In this document: piece after piece, positions 10,640 through 22,161 of the stretch | How the letters are laid out: each line of letters opens with the position of its first letter | How positions within the stretch are numbered: the first letter of the stretch is position 1 | NCBI GenBank assembly: GCA_030264375.1 | Contig: JASCQW010000099.1 | Span: forward strand, 66,694,234 to 66,758,233 | Direction of reading: 5' to 3' | Source of the DNA: Carcharhinus longimanus | Lineage: Eukaryota | Length of the DNA stretch: 64,000 nucleotides | Made by a program: the position numbers and the translations under genes | The notes under the pieces: model-generated | Seen by the model: only the letters and a program-made list of their open reading frames with translations | Told to the model about the DNA's origin: nothing | The model's database searches: none

Positions 10640-11340
10640 AAGCAGAGATGGTTGGAGGATGATTTGATAAAGGCGTGCAAAATTATGACCAGTTTGGATA
10701 AGAATCAGAATCCTACAGTACAGAAGGAGGACATTCGGCCCATCGAGTCTGCACCGACTATAATCACCCAGGCCCTATTCCCATAATACATTTACCCTAG
10801 CTAGCCCCCCTGACACCTAAGGGGCAATTTAGCATGACCAATCCACCTAACCCACACATCTTTGGACTATGGGAGGAAACCAGAGCAATCGGAGGAAACC
10901 CACACAGACACAAGGAGAACGTACAAACTCCACACAGACAGTGGCCCAAGCCGAGAATTGAACCCAGGAACCTGGTGCTGTGAGTCAGCAATGCTAACCA
11001 CTGTGCCACCTCTGTGAACAAAGAAAAGCTTTGTCTCATCGAGTCCTTGTCTCGTCAACCATTAGTTGATGAGACAAGGACTAAAAAAGCACAGGTTTAG
11101 CGTTTGGGGCAAGAGAAGCAAGCGGGGGATGTGAGGAAGAACTTTGTTAACGCAGTGAGGGGTAATAACACGTGTGGTGGAAGCAGAGACGCGAATGATT
11201 TCAAAAGGAAACTGGATGGGGCTCGGAGGGAAATAAATCTGTAGAGCTACAGAGATAGAACAGAGGAATCAGACTGACTGGATTGCTTTATAGAAAACCA
11301 GCATGGAATCAATTAACTGAATGCTGTCTCCTGTGCATCA
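10640..11340 (+). mobile_element. CR1-type LINE 3' region with nested SINE
   Basis: gatttgataaaggcgtgcaaaattatg...caaaaggaaactggatggg, a typical CR1 ORF2 end and tail. Confidence 0.7.
10701..11012 (-). mobile_element. HE1-like V-SINE (tail type A)
   Basis: Reverse complement of the 6413-6845 family, full head to tail. Confidence 0.85.
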
Positions 11341-11499
11341 TGACTCAGTGTGAATAGGATAACAGAACCAGCACAAAACGCTTGGTCCCTCCCGACTTCT
11401 TTGAATCATCCTGTTTTCAGAATATTGTCCTCTTAAACTAATCAGATGAGTTTATCATAAACAGTACTGACAAAGTATTGATAATCTCTATACGAAAGT

Positions 11500-11700
11500 G
11501 GTTACTTATATTCAAGTTGGGGAAACATAAAACCAATCCAACTCGAAGTAAAAGAGGTGTAAAACAAGGAGACCTTTTATCTCCTATGCTTTTCAATATA
11601 GTTATGGATGCATTAATTAGTACATTAGATGCTGGGGGGATTGGTTATCCCATCATTAAAGGAATTAATCAAATAACAATCACTTCACTGACACTAATGT
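11500..11700 (+). mobile_element. Non-LTR RT fragment, R2/R4/NeSL-like
   Basis: KRGVKQGDLLSPMLFNIVMDALISTLDAGGIGY; the QGDxLSPxLFN signature differs from CR1 QGSVLGP. Confidence 0.6.
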
Positions 11701-12786
11701 ATTTTGGACCATCATAGATGTAGTTGAGTGAATTTCACACATTCTATCAGTCCTTTATTTGAGAAGGCATCCTTGACTGAAGTTCCACTTGTAAAATGTG
11801 TCACCAAAAAGCTATTTAACTTCTGTGCTGATTCCAGGCAGCCAAGGACATCATGGTACTTGAGTAAGGTGACATACATTCCCACGTGACCTCATGAAGT
11901 TTATGTTAAGATTAAATAAACATAATAAAAATAAATTAATTTCAAAGGAAGCGCGCCATGATTTTAGGGAAAAATAGCAGATTAAATGGCAGATCATCAG
12001 TCAGAAATCATTTAAGCATGAAGCAAACTACAGTTAAATGCATTGCATCTGGATATAGTTGAGATAGATCAGAAGTAGGAGCTTCCTGGCTTAATAGAGG
12101 TTAGAACAAAATTGAGGTTTTAAACAGTGATTACAAAATGTTTAGGAAAACAGCAAAGACATTTCAATGTAAATGGTACAAAGGGCTAGAGGGTAATCAA
12201 AGGAGAAAAATTGTCACATAGCGACAATGGAGGACACCCTCCATTTTACAGTAAGAGGTTGGCAAAAATGCCCGAGTAACTCACACCAGCCTGAGGGGAT
12301 TGTCAGAGAGCCGTGACAACCACCGAACATCCGTAAGAAAACTATCTAACCCATTAACAGTTTTAGTATGAAAAAGCCACTGGTTTCAGATGTTGCCCAT
12401 TTCCTCCCCTACCCAACAACAAAAAACATAGTAACTATGCAAAGAATTAGACCGTGTTGTTAAAGCTTTTTTGACTTACAATCATCAGGACAGATTCCAA
12501 ACAACAATTCATACTTTATGAGAAGAGGGTGCTGAGGGTGTTGGCAAAAGGACTCTGATTCTTAGAGATATTGCCATGGAGAATGCACCAGAGAATAGTT
12601 AACTGCCAAGCTTTTGTTGAAATTCAAACTAGGCAGATAATCCCTGATTGGTCAACGCATTAACTCTGTTCAACAAAAAAGAAAAAGAATTGGCCAGGAA
12701 GTATAGTTAATACCTTTGATATGATAAATTTTCCACAGGGTAACTGTCAGAAGATGACATGGATTAAGGTTTATCACAAGGAACAA

Positions 12787-13085
12787 AGTTTATTTATTAG
12801 TGTCACAAGTAGACTTACATTAACACTGCAATGAAACTACTGTGAAAATTCCCAAATCGCCACATTCCAGCACCTGTTTGGGTACACTGAGGGAGAATTT
12901 AGCATGGCCAATGTACCAAACCAACATGTCTTTCAGACTGTGGGAGGAAACTGAAACACCCAGAGGAAACCCATGCAGACACGGGAGAACGTGCAGAGTC
13001 TGCACAGAAAGTGACCCAAGCCAGGAATCGAACCCGCGTCTCTGGCGCTGGGAGCTAGTAGTGCTAACCACTGTGCTGCCCTACC
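12787..13085 (-). mobile_element. V-SINE tail type B, near full length
   Basis: Minus strand: gcagcacagtggttagcac...ggttcgattcc...gtctacttgtgacactaataaataaacttt. Confidence 0.87.
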
Positions 13086-13442
13086 CTTTCCCATAGAGTT
13101 CCAGAAAGATCAATATGTTGTAATACAAAATGTATATATTGGAATGAGAAATAGGAAGAGGCTAGTTTTTCAAAGTGAAGTTCCAGAATCCCAGCACACT
13201 TGGCCAAGAGCATCAGGGGAGCACTGAAACAGGAGGCTAATTGGGCAGAAACTGTAATATTAATTAAAACAAGTTGGGTAATGAGCAAAAAAAACAAAGA
13301 AACTCACCCCAAATATTTTCCTTCCACTTTGAGGGAGTAGCTATCCTGGCACGTCCTGAATTTTGTTGAATTTGAGCTGGTTTCTGGGGAAGAATATTGC
13401 AACAAGTTGAACTTTGTTTTTTCTTTGCTCTTTCAAATCCAG

Positions 13443-13500
13443 GATGCAGAGATTTCTGCCTTTGAGCTGCAAAGAATAATGAACAAAGTTGTATCTAACC
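13443..13500 (+). CDS. CAPN2: Calpain-2 exon (58 nt), EF-hand 1
   Basis: ccag|...|gtaagt; DAEISAFELQRIMNKVVSN. Confidence 0.94.
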
Positions 13501-14461
13501 GTAAGTAAGATTTAACTGAGTGCTATAATTGTCATGTAGATAAATAAAGGAATCAGATCCTCTATAAATGGAATTCTCATGGTGGTGCAGGGCAGTAGAG
13601 TGCCAACCTTGATTCTCTGTGAACCATGCAGCATAAGAATTTAACATTCAACCTCTGAGTTAGTTGACCACAGCTGAGATGGCAAAGGGATGTAACACAC
13701 GCCTTTAGGTTGGGCATTGGGTTAAACAGCCAAGGTCCCCATCTGATCATCACTCACAGAAGACACACTGCAGAGCTGCACCAACTGGGTAAAGTTGGTG
13801 ATTTGAACTTTTCAGCCAAATAGGAAGACCAGTTGCATTTCCTGCAAACACAGGACACCAAGCTCCCAGAACACAACAGGTGATTAAAACAATTCCATAA
13901 TGAATTTGATAAACATGCCAGATATTCCCTGGATTTCAATTCCCTCTACCAAAAACTGCCATGGAAGAAATCAGAGTCAGGCAGCAATTAAGGCCTCCAG
14001 ATTTGACAGATTGCATAAAATATTACCCTAAATCTTGACTGGAAACTTCTTCATTACATTGAATGATGCGGGCTGGGGTATCTTTATCACCACCCCATCC
14101 ACCTCCCTGCCGGGCATGGTTCACACCAGCAGTTTTTACAACTACTCCTCACTAATGGGGTGTCCTGACTCTTCTGGAGGGACAGAGGCCATTCAGACCC
14201 ACCCCCCAGAGGTCAGAGGTAAGGAGATGCTGCCCCTTAGGGCAGATCAGCGCATGCACAGTGGCCCGCTTAGCACGGTGCCAGCCTCTGAGATGGGAAT
14301 AGGCCCTATCCCTACTTACCAGAGTGAATCACGCTGAGGAACTCTGCATTGCATAGTGTCGAGAGATTCCCTCTGGTAAGTACACCCAAAAAACGGGTGG
14401 GAAATATTTCCATTTTTTCACCCATTGGGCACCTAACCTTTTTTTGGTAGAATAAGTTTTT

Positions 14462-14985
14462 AGTATGATCAGAAATAGTCAGCACGGCTTTGTCAAGGGC
14501 AGGTCGTGCCTTACGAGCCCAGTTGAGTTCTTTGAAAATGTGACTGAACACATTGATGAAGGAAGAGCGGTAGATGTGGTTTATATGGACTTCAGCAAGG
14601 CGTTTGATAAGGTCCCCCATGCAAGACTTCTTGAGAAAGTGAGTGGGCATGGGATCCAAGGGGCTGTTGCCTTGTGGATCCAGAACTGGCTTGCCTGTAG
14701 AAGGCAGAGAGTGGCTGTGGATGGGTCTTTTTCTACATGGAGGTCAGTCACCAGTGGAGTGCCCCAGGGATCTGTTCTGGGACCCTTGCTGTTTGTAATT
14801 TTCATAAATGACNNNNNNNNNNNNNNNNNNNNNNNNNNNNNNNNNNNNNNNNNNNNNNNNNNNNNNNNNNNNNNNNNNNNNNNNNNNNNNNNNNNNNNNN
14901 NNNNNNNNNNNNGGTAGGTATGGATATGATCGGTGCAACTTGTGGGCCAAAGGGCCTGTTTGTGCTGCAGTGTTCTATGTTCTAT
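14462..14985 (+). mobile_element. Young 5'-truncated CR1-type LINE (RT core, gap, 3' tail)
   Basis: Open [13 protein letters not shown]...[13 protein letters not shown]...[20 protein letters not shown]; tail ends gttctatgttctatg. Confidence 0.93.
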
Positions 14986-15099
14986 GAATCCTGGCCATAA
15001 TCTCGGAGGTCTGCTGCATGGAAAAATTGGTTTACCCACTAATGCAATTGCATAAATATTGACTTAAATTACGTTTTCTGTCCACTGTTTTCCTTTTAG

Positions 15100-15164
15100 G
15101 TGAAGATATCAAAACAGATGGTTTTAGTTTGGAAACTTGTCGAAATGTAATCAGCCTATTGGAT
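15100..15164 (+). CDS. CAPN2: Calpain-2 exon (65 nt)
   Basis: tttag|...|gtatcctttt; EDIKTDGFSLETCRNVISLLD. Confidence 0.93.
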
Positions 15165-15729
15165 GTATCCTTTTTAATAACTCTGTGTTTACTGTTTCTC
15201 TCTTCCTGCTTTCCCCAGATTAAATAAAACTCTCAAGTTTAATTTTTTGCTCTTTTAAATGCAAACCTTTCAGTTATAAAAATGCTTTGAACGTCAACTT
15301 GCCCATCAGATGATCCAACTTTTAATGGCCTCCTCTCCCTCTATTCTGCTATTCTCCGTCTCGAATCAACTGTTAGTGAAGAGAAGCCATTTAGCTTCAT
15401 TTTGTTTTGTACCTCACTTCCTTGAGGAAATGCCTTCTCTCCACTGGCTGCCTCTGCTAAGCGATCAGTTAGAGGTAGTGAAATGATTTCAAGAGCAAAC
15501 AGACCCTGTCATCATGTCATGTGCTAGCAAAGCAACATGTTTGAAGCCCTGTGTCTCCCTTGTTTTCAAATGGCCCAGATACAAGTTGGTCCCAGGCCAG
15601 GTGCAATCCAAGCAGATCACACCTACATAAAGATTTCTTCTCTGGAGCTTGTGGGTTTACTAATTTTGATGTCTCCATGTATAACGACATGCTTTCAAGT
15701 GGTTTTCCTGAATGAGACTTGTAAAACAG
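15165..15729 (+). other. U12-type (minor spliceosome) GT-AG intron
   Basis: 5' site GTATCCTTT; branch-like TTCCTGAAT at 15705-15713; no polypyrimidine tract before the final CAG. Confidence 0.88.
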
Positions 15730-15798
15730 AAGGATCAATCTGGGAAAATTGGACTAGTGGAATTCAAGATATTTTGGAACAAATTACAGAAGATTCTG
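15730..15798 (+). CDS. CAPN2: Calpain-2 exon (69 nt), EF-hand 2
   Basis: aacag|...|gtaagt; KDQSGKIGLVEFKIFWNKLQKIL. Confidence 0.93.
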
Positions 15799-16425
15799 GT
15801 AAGTGTACATATTTGCCGATTGAAATCAGCCTTCCAGCAGATTCCTTGTTCTCAGATCAAAAAGCTGCCTTTAAGGAGCATGTTTTGCACAGATGCCTCA
15901 TTAGATTCATTTCAGTGAGACCTAATCAAGACATCAGACTGACTGCACTAGAACGGTGGATGGCATAGCCACCTACTGCCTGTCCAATTAATGCTCTGTC
16001 TGAAAATCAACTCCAAGATATGGTTAACTTAGTAAAGATTTTGTTAAAGGTGTGATATGCTCACCCCCTGCTGGTCACTCAATGACATTTAAAGAAACCT
16101 ATCAAACTGAGAGCCAGCAATATTGATTGCAAAGAGGTATGTCAAGGTGATGATGTCCGAGAGAGAGAGCACATGTTTTTCCAGTTGATTGAAAGTAAAT
16201 TTTTAACAATAGAAAATCTGGAAATTGAGAGCGAAAGCACTGTTTTAAGAAAGTTTTTGTGCTGCACATGAACGGTGGCCCACTTTCCCAAACTGGTGCA
16301 CCTCTGACTACAATTTGTCTGTTACTTTTTGATTCCCTTCTGAATTTGAAGGTAGGAAATCCAGAGATTTATTTTTTTCCCCCCCAGATTTTTAAACTTA
16401 AGTATTTTGCTTTCCCTCCATTCAG

Positions 16426-16504
16426 AAAATCTTCAAGAAGATGGATGCTGACAATTCTGGCACCATGAGCTCACATGAAATGCGGATGGCACTTGAAGAA
16501 GCAG
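16426..16504 (+). CDS. CAPN2: Calpain-2 exon (79 nt), EF-hand 3
   Basis: ttcag|...|gtaata; KIFKKMDADNSGTMSSHEMRMALEEA. Confidence 0.94.
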
Positions 16505-16604
16505 GTAATATTTGAAGAATTATCTGGCTCAGCTGTTTTCTACACCTTACTACACTGAGCTACATATTGTAGAATAGGTCATTTGACTCAGCATCTCACC
16601 CAGG

Positions 16605-16778
16605 CCCACCCTGGCCAATCCACCTAACGTGCACAACTTTGGACGAAACTGGAGCACCCGGAGGAAATCCACGCAGATACAGGGAGAATGTGCAAACACC
16701 ACACAGACTGTGACCCGATCCAGAAATCGAACCCTGGTCCCGTGAGGCAGCAGTGCTAACCACTGTGCCACCATGCCG
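16605..16778 (-). mobile_element. V-SINE 5' portion
   Basis: Minus strand: ggcatggtggcacagtggttagcactgctgcc...gggttcgatttc plus V-domain. Confidence 0.8.
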
Positions 16779-16884
16779 AGTTAGTTACTGATTGGTGTAA
16801 TATGCTCAATATACGCTCTGCTGATTTAAGAACACAAGACTTTGCAGAAACCAAAAGTAAAGCCTGAAAAAGACCAGCTCTCTT

Positions 16885-17090
16885 AAGTTTATTTATTAGT
16901 CACAAGTAGGCTTGCATTAACACTGCAATAAAGTTATGTGTAAATCCCTTAGTTGCCACACTCAGTGCCTGTTTGGGTACACTGAGGGAGAATTTAGCAT
17001 GGTCAATGCACCTGACCAGCAGTCTTTTGGACTGTGGGAGGAAACTGGAGCACCCGAAGGAAACCCACACAGATGCAGGGAGAAGGTTTT
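16885..17090 (-). mobile_element. V-SINE tail type B lacking its tRNA head
   Basis: Body and tail match 12787-13085; head is replaced by a 28S fragment. Confidence 0.82.
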
Positions 17091-17094
17091 CACA

Positions 17095-17209
17095 CCCCAG
17101 CCCAACCGACCCAGCCCTTTAGAGCCAATCCTTATCCCGAAGTTACGGACCTGACTTGCCGACTTCCCTTACCTACATTGTTCCAACCTGCCAGAGGTCA
17201 TTCACCTTG
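17095..17209 (-). pseudogene. 28S rRNA fragment (115 bp)
   Basis: Minus strand: CAAGGTGAA...GTTGGAACAATGTAGGTAAGGGAAGTCGGCAAG...CCGTAACTTCGGGATAAGGATTGGCTCTAA..GGGCTGGGTCGG, a conserved LSU rRNA core segment. Confidence 0.92.
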
Positions 17210-17626
17210 TCTCATCCACCATTTTCCCAGCTCGCTGATTGCCGGGTATGGTAAGGTGGTAAAATTGCACCTTTCATTTTTTCTTGTGTTAATGAACTTA
17301 TTCTTCAGCTTAGGAAAACCTTGTTGATTGGCTCCTTATTGTTCTTTGCGTAGATAGTAAAAAAATACCTTGAATTTGAGAAAGGCCTCCACAGGGAAAA
17401 TAAAGTAGCAAACCTTTGTTGTGTCCAACCAAGGAGGCTAAATAGAATGAAACCAGTTCACTTCACACCAGGTTGGAACAGTCAATTCCAAACCTTGCCA
17501 AACTATGTCCGCACAACTCACAACTTGAGTGAATTCATAACTTTACAAAGGTGAGACGAATGTACCATTGCAGAATGAGTACTTTTATAAAATTAGCAAT
17601 TGTATTTGTTTGTTTTTTCTCCCCAG

Positions 17627-17743
17627 GTTTCACTCTTAACAACACGTTGTTTCAGATCCTTGTTGCCCGTTATGCAGACGCTAACCTTCTCATTGACTTT
17701 GATAACTTTGTTGGCGCTTTGGTCCGCCTGGAAACCATGTTCA
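17627..17743 (+). CDS. CAPN2: Calpain-2 exon (117 nt), EF-hand 4
   Basis: cccag|...|gtaagt; GFTLNNTLFQILVARYADANLLIDFDNFVGALVRLETMF. Confidence 0.95.
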
Positions 17744-17869
17744 GTAAGTTATTTTTCAAAATGTTACATTAAAGTCTCAAAGTCAACATGCATGTTGGGA
17801 ACAAACTTTGGGAGCCTTTGCTCCGCTGGTGAAAGTATAGCAGGTTAGAACTTGCATCCACGTGGATAG

Positions 17870-17980
17870 ACATTACTCGCCTGAGGCTTGTCAGATTCTG
17901 CCCAAGGCCAATGGTGAATGCCGTTCTGCGAGCCTCGCCTGCCCCGATTCTGGGGCAGGCTTGTCAGTAAAATTCCTACT
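17870..17980 (-). mobile_element. MITE, same family as 6601-6726, reverse orientation
   Basis: Reverse complement gcctgccccagaatcggggcaggcgaggctcgcagaacggcattc aligns to the interior of the 6601 copy. Confidence 0.7.
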
Positions 17981-18811
17981 ATCGCTGGCAAATCACAGGG
18001 ATAGATCACTTGAATACTTTGGGCATGCAGTCTTGCCTGTCAGGGAGTATTAGAGGTGTTTGTCCCAACAGCAATAAGAAAATCAGAGTAGCACCATAAC
18101 ACAGAAGGCAGGATGGAGGGCCAGGATAGCTGAAGAGTAGTTAGGAATAAATGTTTGACATTCTAATGGTTATCGTTGGAGAGGCCAGCTGCGCCGACAG
18201 CATATTGGGTGGAATTCTAAAGGTAGCACAGAAACTTCCTCATGTACACCCTAAACCTTGTTCATCAGCAAGTTATCCTTGGTCTCCTCTTTCCTCTGGA
18301 TGTACCACATCAAGAAAGTCTACAGCCCAGCAAAATCTAACCAGGGAGGTACCCCTGCATTCAGCCCTAATTCTGGCTTTATCAAAGGTACTTAGTTCTC
18401 CCCAGTTACTTGGATTTTGGCTAACTTGGCTTTATCCAATAGAGATTGGTTGGACTTAATTTGGGGATTTGAGAATTCATAGGAAGCTAATAAAGTTGAT
18501 TAAGCACAAAAAGTCATTGGAAAGGCAAAGTTGGCAGGATGTAGAAGTTTCAACAGATCACTTTAATATGTCTCAATCTCACTTACCATCATGTCACAAT
18601 TCCTCATGTTTCTTAACTACAGAAAATGATTTTAAAAAGTACATTTTGAACCATTAATCAACTAAAATAATGTGTACAGTGAAGTGCAAGGCTGGGAGAT
18701 ATAGCTGTCAAGGGTCTGGTCCACCATGCAACACTACCTGCTCATCAGGCTTTCAATGCAGTCAGCGCAGCTGTATGCTTGTGCCTAGGATTGACCACTT
18801 GTCCCATCAGT

Positions 18812-18995
18812 ACATAAGAACATAAGAAATAGGAGCAGGAGTAGGCCATCTGGCCCCTTGAGCCTGCCCCGCCATTCAATAAGATCATNNNNNNNNNNNN
18901 NNNNNNNNNNNNNNNAAACTAACCGGCCTATAATTCCCCGCCTTTTGCCTGGCACCCTTCTTAAACAACGGCGTAACATTAGCCATTTTCCATCC
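18812..18995 (-). mobile_element. CR1-type LINE ends collapsed around a gap
   Basis: Tail cataagaacataagaaataggagcagg; WKMANVTPLFKKGARQKAGNYRPVS. Confidence 0.85.
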
Positions 18996-19719
18996 ATGAA
19001 AGAAACTCCTTTCTCCATTTGTTGGGTGATGTACATCAGAGCAAATAACATGGCTAGAGCTTATAGTGTCCAAACAAATGATTTCACCTTATTGATAATG
19101 CAAGCTCATCTCATTTATATATTCTAGTGTTCTGAGCACACATCCTGTGATGTACCAGGATAGGGCCGCAGGATCCTGTAAAGTGACCAGTAGCCAATTT
19201 CTCATTGGGAGATGTCATTTAAGTGTGCTCAAAATAATGGGGGTTTGGATATTAAAGCTTTTAGAATTTCAACCTCACCTTTCAGTACTCATTCCTCCCA
19301 TGAACTTTATTTTGGAGTAACGGGGAGCACGGGAAGATGCATGCCCTGGTTACCTTTAGAATGTCTGCAAAATCTGGGCCACTACACCTACTAAGAGGGG
19401 AGTGTGGTCATGCAAGATGGCGCAGTATATCAGTTGTTAGCTGTTGAGATTATTACCCTCTGTTGTTTAGCTGGTACAAGTGTGCAACCCTCATCTAATG
19501 GGCTCAGTTTACACAGTTCAAGGGTCAATTGCCTGTGTATATATTGATGAAGAATCCATGCTGTTTTGCTGCTGTATTCAGTTACAACTTTGTAGAATTA
19601 CCCTTTTCTCCACAAGGATACCGAAACACCCAGCTGTTTCAGAAAATGCAAGTCTCTTGGTGAAAGAAACAGGAGATTGGGTTTTGAAACGTGCTCATTT
19701 CATGTTCTTGCTTTTTCAG

Positions 19720-19778
19720 GAATATTCAAACAATTAGACCAGGAAGATGGGGGATATGTAGAACTGGATATAGGTCAG
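19720..19778 (+). CDS. CAPN2: Calpain-2 exon (59 nt), EF-hand 5
   Basis: ttcag|...|gtatgt; RIFKQLDQEDGGYVELDIGQ. Confidence 0.93.
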
Positions 19779-19924
19779 GTATGTATTTGGCACTGCAAAC
19801 TGGAAGAGAAGCTGTACAAATTCTAACTTGTCTTCTTTCAAATATATTATCTACACTGTTCCATGATTTCCAAAGAGGTGTAATGAGAGCAAATGAAGTG
19901 AATATTTTAACCCTAATATTCCAG

Positions 19925-20080
19925 GGGAGGCTTGGATGGATGTCTTGATTAATAAGGGGATCAGAGGTAATGGGGAAAAGACAGGAGAATGGGGATGAGA
20001 AAAATATCAACCATGATTGAATGGCAGAGCAGACTCCGTGGACAAAGTGGCCTAATTCTGCTCCTATTTCTTATGGTTCT
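19925..20080 (+). mobile_element. CR1-type 3' tail
   Basis: ccatgattgaatggcagagcagactc...tggcctaattctgctcctatttcttatgg. Confidence 0.7.
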
Positions 20081-21472
20081 ACGTGTGATGGCCACTGTGA
20101 ACAACATTGGCCTTTAATGTTTTGTCAGGCTATTTTAAATACTATAGGAAGGCAACCCCACACAGCTTTCCACTGCTGTTCATTTAGGGTGGAGGGACCA
20201 GGCAGGTAGAAGTTCCAGAATCTAATTGAAAATGGTCCACATGACTCCTAGTGGCTTTTGCAAATCTATTTTGCACCTCCTGCCATCTACAAAATCTACA
20301 ATCTTGGGACGCCTTATTCCAGACTTGTACATCGGCTTTTACAGCACAGACATGCTGGTTGAGCATTCATTGCTGGATGATTGCAGTAAATATCCATTAA
20401 AAAGATTGGCTTTCAGCCATTCCATTCCCTTGTCAATTGATGTAAATCCAATTTCCCCACTCCTCAGCCAATTCCCATTATTACCGGAACCCTTAGATTT
20501 CCTAATGTGAATCCTCTCCCCAACCAACTCGTGTAGAAGAGGAAAACCTTAAAAAAAAAAGGATGCAATGCAGATCAGATTACCTTTGAGATTTACACAT
20601 CGATTTCTGCAGACAAGTAGTTCATCTTCCTGAAGGAAATGAGAAAAGACCAGCTTTGAGTGATGTGGATAAGTCAATCGTTAGATGGACCCCAGTCACA
20701 CAGTTTAGTATACTGGCACAGAAAAGCATTGAAGCAAGTTCAATTGTCCCTGTCTGAACCAGTGTAGACTGATTGCTAGCACCTTGGGTGTATTCAGCCA
20801 ACCATTTCTACAGATCCTTACACAGCTACTTGACAACGAACATGGAAAACAGTTTTTTTTTAGGTATTTTTAACATAGCTGCGTAAACTACTGTATGGAA
20901 CCTGTAAACATTATGTACCAGAAGGCTGATGTAGTGAAATGCACAATTGTGGCTTGAAGCATGGCTTGATCTGCACTGCTAATCTTTCGGGGTGCTCTTG
21001 CGGCACAGCATTCAGGGCAACAGTCTTTGTAGAAACTCCATGCAGTACAATCTCCAAGCTGAGCTGATGGAGAAGTGTTTATCACTGGGATACAGCAACA
21101 AGCTTACACCATGAAATTCCTTTTCGTTCAGCTTTGCTCATCTCTTCTTGTGCTTTTGCTTCCAATTGACACAATCCATTAACCTACATGTCTCAAGTTT
21201 TTCCTCTCTCACCATCAGTCTGCTTTTTAGCTTGTTGTACCAATGAGATAACCAGACAGCGGAATGAAAATTTATGCCCAATGTTAAATTTGCAGGATTT
21301 GAGAGTTTAAAATTTTCCTCTAAAGCGGTTACTTTATCATTATGCATTGTCAACATTCCAATTTAGAGAGCTCAAATCAAAGTTTGAGCATTTGGAGTTC
21401 TTTTGGCTCAAACATGATATGGTCACCCTAGTTTGTGTACATAGTCTAAAATTCATTTGATTCTTTTAACAG

Positions 21473-21496
21473 TGGTTGGCATTGGTATTAAACTGA
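21473..21496 (+). CDS. CAPN2: Calpain-2 last coding exon (WLALVLN*)
   Basis: ttttaacag|TGG TTG GCA TTG GTA TTA AAC TGA; matches the calpain WL... C-terminus. Confidence 0.9.
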   Translation, partial: WLALVLN

Positions 21497-22155
21497 CGTG
21501 ATGCTCAACTGCACGAAGCCAGACTTTTGTCAAGCAGAAAACATTTCCCAGACATCTTTCAAGGAAAAAAAGAGGATCACAAATGCATACGAGGGGGGGA
21601 AATAGGTTGGGTTTCTTTTAATATCACTTCTGTTTTTAATCAATATTTTGGGTAGTTAAATAATTACCAATTGTGTTGCCAAAAGATATTTTAATCCATA
21701 TGTAGGATATGCTTTGTTGCTGAGGCCCCTCATTTTCTGATTGTTAATCTGTTCAGTTTTGTCTTTTAAACCTAAAGCTTTGAAACTCCCAATAGTTCTT
21801 TCAAAAGTGGATCTGCAGATGCAAAAGTGGATGATGCTCAAATGACAGGGAACCAAGATTGTGATTTGAACATATTCTAATGAAATGCACATATTTTAAA
21901 ATGCAAACATAATATTCAAATTAAACTGAGCTTCACAGTTTAGAGATTTGCTTGATTTCTGTTCTGTAGCTAAAATTAATGGATGTAATGTGGTTATGCC
22001 AGTTTTTCCTGATTGGCTGCTCAAAGAATGGCACCTAAAACTGATTTAATTTCCTAATTTTTTTGTTATATAATTGACAAAAATGCTGGATGATTTTGGT
22101 TGCTTACTATATAGGCAAAAGAGGACCTTTTATTTGGATAAAAATGTATCTGCAA

Positions 22156-22161
22156 ATTAAA
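22156..22161 (+). promoter_or_regulatory. Candidate CAPN2 poly(A) signal ATTAAA
   Basis: About 660 nt after the stop, followed by GU/U-rich sequence; an alternative ATTAAA is at 21920. Confidence 0.35.

Noticed and set aside
16371-16387. Strong pyrimidine tract plus CAG as an alternative acceptor
   Set aside because: Would add 38 nt and frameshift; the 16426 acceptor gives the conserved 79-nt exon
17095-17209. Functional rRNA gene or R2 target site
   Set aside because: Only 115 bp with substitutions; it is not the R2 insertion segment and is 5 kb from the R2-like fragment
916-21496. CAPN8 or CAPN1 identity
   Set aside because: [21 protein letters not shown] and adjacency to TP53BP2 favour CAPN2; a CAPN2 paralogue cannot be excluded without a phylogeny
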